Shown: in pieces, positions 57,588-64,000 of the stretch | Position numbering within the stretch: position 1 is the first letter of the stretch | How the letters are laid out: each line of letters begins with the position of its first letter | Assembly (NCBI GenBank): GCA_043228905.1 | Contig: JBHGNT010000016.1 | Span: 1,798,001 to 1,862,000 of the forward strand | Length of the DNA stretch: 64,000 nt | Direction of reading: 5' to 3' | Source: Azolla caroliniana | Taxonomy: Eukaryota > Plantae > Polypodiophyta | Made by a program: the position numbers and the translations under genes | Notes under the pieces: generated by a model | Told to the model about the DNA's origin: nothing | The model's database searches: none | The model's input: only the letters and a program-made list of their open reading frames with translations

Positions 57588-60482
57588 TGCTACAATTTTT
57601 AGTTTGCGAACATAATGACAGTCCAATGGTGGATAATGACAATTCTTCCGATGGCGATCTGATATCCTGAGCTATACCATTCCTGAGGCACAAAGAATCA
57701 CCAAAGAGATAAACCGGGAAATGATAACAAAGCAATTTGGCCATGTTTACACATTTTGAAGACATCTCACTACTTTTTCACGTGGGCCCTAGAAGTGTTT
57801 CTGCATAGGTCGCATATTTGAGTTTCTCCATAATGCGTGTACAGAGTATACATGCTTATGCACGTGGCCTTTAATCTATATGTATGGTTTAGAGCTAGTA
57901 CAGGATAACAAACTGCAGCGCATTTCTTGCAGATGTCTTATCACTTCATACCGGTTTTCCGAGAAGATTTATATGCATATGCACGTTGAATTATGTATGT
58001 GTACAATTATGTTCATGAATGTTATGACTAGAAAAGAAAAACCGAGAAAATGCAGAGGGCATTCCAGCACGTGAAGTTTAAAGAGATATATTACTTTTCA
58101 GGCAGATTATATATGTGCGTATCAAATGCATTTGCAAGTATGTACGTATATGTCTGTGTTAATTGTCAAATATCCGTTTTTATTACAAACTTTTGAGAAA
58201 AGTCTGTAGGACAAAGATGTAAATACCCAAATGTAAAAGAGGCATAACGCCATTGAATAAGTATTTAGCTCTTCGTCTTCACTTTCCATCCTAAGCCTGA
58301 TTTTAGTTTTTTCTTTTCTTTCTCTCACCTTCATTAAGCCTTGACTTCAACTTAAGCTAGAAGCACAGATCCTAAGTTGCCATGTTAGGTATTTGAGCTT
58401 AATCTTCATTGAGCACGGTTAGTTTCATCCAGTTAATAAGAGTGTGGTGTTGGTATATAGATTTCTCATGTTTTCTTTACTAGTTAAGTAATTAATTAGC
58501 TTAAATATCATAGACTAAGTCTGTCATGAACACGTTTATTAGCTATTTTAGTTGTTAGATTGGGTACGAGAAGACGTCTTGCAGCTGATCTAGTTCACTC
58601 CATCAGCACTTTGCAACAACTAACCAACGAGGCATATTTCATGATATGGTAAGAAGGAAGGACCCTTTTTTCTTGACATTCAATCTCTTTGCACTTATTC
58701 ACAGTATAAGATAAACATTAAGGTATGACCAGACCCTTTTAACTTCACAAATCTGTTTATACTTATGCTATAAGCAAATTATGCTTCATCGATACAAGAC
58801 TATAGCATGTAATATGTATGCATGAAGTGTATGTACATAGATAGGATGTCAGGCATATAAATGCCACTTTTATACAGGTGAAACAGAGAAGTGAGGTTCG
58901 TTTTACAAATCAAGCGATTGTTGAGATTCTCTACACACACACACAATGTGTGTGTGTGTGTGTGTGAATGTGCCATAATTGTGCGTATTAAATTGTTTAC
59001 AATAAGTTTCCAGTAAACCTCTAAATCAAACGGAATACAGAGTGAAAGAAATTAGGGCAGATCCCATACTATTTCAACACAAGGGAAAAGCGGTAGATCA
59101 TAGAGAGAACCCGTTGATCACTCACCTCTAAGAAGACGATGAGATACCAAGGGTTCTAGGTGCTTCTTCTTCTTCTTCGATTTCTTCTTCTTCTTCTTTC
59201 TTCTTCTTCTTCTTCTCCTTCTTCTTCTGAACAGCAACAAGCCTGGATTCCTCCTTTCTTTCAGTCATTTCACCTTTAGTTATTCGTTCTTTCTTCGACT
59301 TATTCGTTTCTTTCTTCTCCGTCTCCTTCTCCTTCAGGCTTCCGGCTTCCGGCTTCTTCAACATAAAGCGTGGATTCCTCCTTTCTTTCTGTCATTTCAC
59401 CTTTACTTTTCATCTTTCTTCGACTTATCCCTTCTTTCTTCTTCGTCTTCCGTCTTCTTTAACATAAAAGAAGCATGGATTCCTCTGATCTGTCGGTGTT
59501 TTCTTCTCCTCCTCCGGAAAGGATTATGGGCTCTTTCTTCCTTTTAACCTATCGGAAATCGGTGTCACCTGGTCCCCAAGTCAAACACCTTAGGTCAAGT
59601 CAAGGTCAGACTTCTGGTCGAACATCCATGCTTATGCTCCGCCTCTAATCCTCAGACCCCCCGGTAAACTAAGTTATGGATGATATGTTTTCTAGGCAAT
59701 TTAAGTGACGAGCATTGCATTCTTCTACCGAATAAGTTATTGTGGGCCACAAATAATTCGTTTACAAGCTAAGTTTCTTATCTGAAATCCACATTGATGT
59801 TTTGCAATAAGTCTTTGGTTGTGAAAAACATGAACAAATTACCTGTGAAGATCCATGACAACAAGCAATTGAGATATGTAATGTAAGATCTTACCCATGA
59901 AGATCCAATCTACATATATCATTAGCTTATTGCTTTGCATTTGGCTAGGTTTCTTCTAAAATGGACTAAAACCCCATGTTGCTATTTACTAATATGCACA
60001 AAATCATTGGTTGGCAAACAATGTGATTAAAAAAGGAATCACCTTTGGCAATCTATTTTGATGTGGCATGCATGATAAATGACAAAGGAAATTACGTCAA
60101 TAGACAACCAAAAGCCAACACATCCTCAATTCATAATAAGGGCTTTTCCAATTGACAAATGGATTTACATACTATGGTCATGGTTAGACAATGTTCTACC
60201 TTTCAATTGTGGCATGATGGCATATAACAATATCATAACACGTAAGGGTATATCAACTTCCGATGCTGAGAATGTACATCTTAGTTGACTATTTACTTTT
60301 AAGAGAAAGAAGCAATCCGTCTTTAACTTGTAATGGTATTCAATCAATTATGTTTGAAGTTTGTTCAACAACGTTGCATATTAAATATATTGTTATTGCA
60401 TTGAAGGATTAATTGTACAATGCTTTTATGTATTAGGACAAAAGGAAATTTGGCCTTGACGTTGTCAACAGGTATGGGTACG

Positions 60483-60592
60483 TTGTAGGAGGAAGGTGTC
60501 AAGTATCATTGCATTCATGAGATGATTGAATACGGGTATTTTGTAGGAGGAAGATGTCAAGTATCATTGCATTCATGAGATGATTGAATACG
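60483..60592. repeat. Tandem dimer, 58-bp unit
   Basis: TTGTAGGAGGAAG.TGTCAAGTATCATTGCATTCATGAGATGATTGAATACG occurs twice. Confidence 0.95.
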
Positions 60593-61501
60593 CTTGTCAC
60601 AAAGTTGCAAGTCAATAACCTTTGCTAATTGATTTGTTTGGAAGCTTTGGAAGTCAATACACATTAATAGCTTATAAATGCTTATAACTAAGAAATAAAA
60701 TGTACACAAAATAAGGCTGTTGTTTAAACTTTAAACATGCCATTGCATGATATCACTTTTCTAAACTCCAACCGAACATTGCAAAACTAATAGATAGAGA
60801 AAATTTTAAACAACTCTTGTTTCTAAAGTCTGGGGATTCTAGTATATTCAATTGCCGAAACAAGTCACAAGCATCTCAATAATATGAAATTTCGACCCTC
60901 AAAAGAGAGCTTTTTTACAAGTATAGAAGTTAAATCTATTCGTTTGACCTTCAAAAGGCCATTTTAGAATTATGACATACTGGTTTCAGATGCCTAAATA
61001 CTCTCTATAATGCTATAAACAAAACACAAAACTGGATTGGAATAGTTAATAATTCACGACTTTTGTACACTGATGTATGTAAAGATCATATTAGAATCCT
61101 TGTTGCAAGTACTTGCTAAAATCTCTCCATGGATTACACATGCAAATGGAGGAAAACACAAACGATAAAAAAAAAGTGCTCAATTTACTCTATATAACAT
61201 AATATCACAAACTCAATATAGCAAATTAGCAGACATTTACAACAGTATTCAAAATAGCATTAAACTAGATCAATTGTTCTAAGATGAATTTGTTCAATAT
61301 AGCATAGAAAAAAAGAAACTAGTCAATACTTTTAATTTAAATCCAATCCTTGACCAATCAATTTCTAATCAGCACACCATAAACTTTGGGAAGAATCTGC
61401 ATTAGGGAGAAGAACACTTCAATGCAATGACACCAAAAACTAATAAGATAGAATATACAATAAGCATGGTAAGCATACATATGTATGTTTTGTATACCTT
61501 A

Positions 61502-63381
61502 TTAGTCAACATTCACATTCACGGCTTTCTCAAACTTATCCACAGGGAGAGTTGGGATATAACCCGAGAGAGGCACGTGATTACTCTTGAGACCCTCAAC
61601 GATTTGATTGAACTTTTCAGCACAAAAGAGCGTGGGTGGAGCGGCAAAGTGCACGGCCTGGGGTGCATAAGGCAGTTTCAAGAACTGTTTCCAAGCAGTG
61701 AACGTGAGTTCTTCAGCAACCGGTTCATAGATTGCATAATAGGATTTCGCAGTCTCCACTAACCCATTCTTCTGAAGGTCCAGCACAACTGACTTAACTG
61801 CCTCTGGGACTTGCTTTGCAATGCCATATGCTTGAAATGACTTATCTTTGATAGACTGAGGAACGACACCATCAATCACTCCTACTGCATCGTCCACCTG
61901 TTAAACCAACTTGGAAGAAGATCAACATTAAGGCATTTCTCAAGAATATACGAATAGATAGATGTATAACATGGTGCAACATACAATAATGTGGATCAAA
62001 AATATAATGCTTGTATAGTCTACAATTAAAACAGCATGACTAGCCTAAACACATGTAGCATCCAAAAGCCATTATGTACAAAACGTCAAACTGTGTTGAT
62101 AAATTGCCTCTAGAAAAACAAGCAAGAGAACATAAAATTAAAAGTACAGTCTGTATAAGGCACAATGCGCATATATAGATGTAAATAACAATAATAATGA
62201 CATTTTATTTGGACGTCTTCAAAATGTCAGACACTTGGGACATCAAAAAGAGTTAGAGAGCAAAACAATAGTAACAATCGATAACAATAGATTGATTAAA
62301 ATGGGAGGTTAAGTTCCCCTGAGATAATAAATTTTGGGGTGAGAAAAGTCGAGAAACTAGCACAACTTTGAGGAATGGAAGGCCTACATAATGTACAATA
62401 AAATAAGACATGGCAAGAAAACATGTGAGGATAACAAGGACCTGAGCAAGAGTCTCTCAGAAAATCCAGTATATATACGTTCCTCACAGAGAAGTCAATA
62501 AAGGACAAACTGGCCTTTAAAAGTCAAGGCAAATGATAGTTGCCTATCAACAGGATTAAATGAAAGTAACAGCAGTAACTTCAACAAAACGTAAACATGG
62601 AGCTTGAGGATCAAGTTCCTCTCCTGTAAAATATTTCCAATAGATCCAGTAAAAGGAAGAAAAAACAAAAGAAAATATTCTGAAACCCGAAGAAAAAAAA
62701 CTCATAATTTCCTATCCTTTTCATGCATGGAAATGGAACTTGATCAAACAGCGACGAAGAGTGCATGATCAGATGTCTTTTAACTGAAAGAAGACACAAC
62801 ACATAAATTTACGAAAAACGAAAACACCATGAATGATCATGCGAACGGATATTATCTGCATAGAAATAAATCAGCCTGCTCCAGAAATAGAACAATAACA
62901 TACAGAAACAAACAAAGTCCTACCTTTCTGTGGGCATATAAACAAAAAGAAACAACCACTGATTTACCTTTCTGCCAACATATAAACACAGCAATTTTCA
63001 TATGGTTTTTCTTAGAAACAAATCAACAGGGTAAGAAACAGAAATAAACATCAAATAAACGCAGAGTTATCCTTTTTGTCAACAATCAAGAGAAAGTATT
63101 TCATACATTTTGCTAGAAATGTATCAACAACCAACAATAAAAACAAATACTCTTACCTTTTTGTCAACAAAGAGCAATATTTCATATGGTTTGCCTTCTA
63201 TTTTCTGATACACGGGCCCAACCACAGTTTTCACAGTGCTCTCTACGCTGTGAACACCGGGCTTAAGGGGGCCTGAGCTATCCTTTGCAAATTCGTAAAC
63301 GTTAGCAAGGTACTTTGTCGCCTTATCAACAACTATTTCTGCCACACCAAGATATTTGAGCCCTGATTGCTGCTGCTCGGT
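61502..63381 (-). CDS. REF/SRPP-family lipid-droplet-associated protein (LDAP-like); start-codon exon not found in the window
   Basis: LKYLG...VYEFAKDSSGPLKPGVHSVESTVKTVVGPVYQK...LLFVDKK|VDD...YEPVAEE...AW..F.KLP..PQ...PT..CAEKFN...GYIP.LP.DK. Exons 63381-63157 and 61897-61502. Confidence 0.92.
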
Positions 63382-63494
63382 CTTCAAAAACAAAAAGGGA
63401 AAGGAAAAAGCGATCAAAACTTCATCACGATCATAAGCATGGACGGAAAAGAAAGAATCTATGAAAAATTCACGATCATGAGAGATAATAAGAA

Positions 63495-63730
63495 AATCTA
63501 AGTGTCGTAATAAGATGAAGCTATGAATATCCTGAGTAGTCTTGGATGTTCGGTCTGCAAAGAGATAAAGAGGTCTAAACATCACAATAATAATAAGTAT
63601 GGGCGACAAAGAAGAAGTTATGAAAAGTTCAAATTCCTGAGAAATAATAAGTATATCTAAGTTTCGTAATAAGATTAAGCTATGAATATCCTGAGTAGTC
63701 TTAGATGTTTGGTTTGCAAAGATAATGCAG
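63495..63730. repeat. Imperfect repeat (~159-bp spacing) in the LDAP upstream intron
   Basis: ATCTAAGT.TCGTAATAAGAT.AAGCTATGAATATCCTGAGTAGTCTT.GATGTT.GGT.TGCAAAGA at ~63497 and ~63655. Confidence 0.85.
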
Positions 63731-64000
63731 AATCCTAATACAACGAAGCAGAAAGCAATAACAGGATCTAAATCCTGACTATTAGGCGTGCAAAGATAAG
63801 ATCTAAGAATCATAAGATGAAAATGCTACAAAATACCTTGAGCTTTGACTGCTCATTGTGAGAATGAAAAAGGTCTCATTATAGTCATAATAAGAAGAAG
63901 ATACGAAATGTTTTGGGTCCGACAGCAAACAAATTATCTAAGCATCATAAGAAAAATTAGATGATATGACAATTCCAAAATGCCGTTCGGAACATTTAAT

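Larger units (their letters stand above)
44950..60130. other. Tandem segmental duplication of the whole HESO1-like locus (~44950-51390 vs ~52680-60130)
   Basis: Homology covers the 3' UTR (TCATTAT.TGTATGCTCAAAAATAGAAT), introns, the 5' UTR exon and an upstream block (TGTAAGATCTT...GAAGATCCAATC...TATTGCTTTGCATTTGG...GTGGCAT at ~51140-51330 and ~59880-60068). Confidence 0.85.

Noticed and set aside
63124-63813. 229-aa ORF as a long hydrophobic N-terminal extension of LDAP
   Set aside because: The upstream part is repetitive intron-like sequence with a good acceptor at 63382. REF/SRPP genes normally have a short first exon, which probably lies beyond the window.

Overview
This is eukaryotic land-plant nuclear DNA, judged from spliceosomal GT/GC-AG introns, plant gene families and plant tRNA-matching primer-binding sites. 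A fern or other non-seed plant is plausible, but that is only a guess. Bases 1-15080 are a nest of three LTR retrotransposons. A decayed + strand Ty1/copia has its gag interrupted twice, about 70 bp apart. The first insert is a young, intact minus-strand Ty1/copia (205-5711, tRNA-iMet PBS) with an abnormal junction: no TSD, and PPT sequence retained. The second is a minus-strand non-autonomous LTR element (5788-11110) with an 18-nt tRNA-Trp PBS, a 4-bp TSD, gag only, and an alternating A/B repeat array. The rest of the window is gene-rich: JASON-like (+), MTV1/tepsin-like ENTH/VHS (+), gamma-secretase PEN-2 (-), a probably plastid-targeted DUF3598-like gene whose only intron is almost pure microsatellite (+), two tandem HESO1-like terminal nucleotidyltransferases (-), and the 3' part of a REF/SRPP (LDAP) gene (-). 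LINE relics and many 58-241 bp tandem dimers lie between the genes. The most notable items are the HESO1 pair (one copy has an extra ~245-aa segment that is largely coiled-coil-like; both have GC-AG introns and a stop-free hydrophobic intron), the Trp-primed non-autonomous element, and the cyanobacterial-like DUF3598 gene. Exon structures were inferred by eye from splice sites and frame continuity. No database search was run; family calls rest on recalled motifs.
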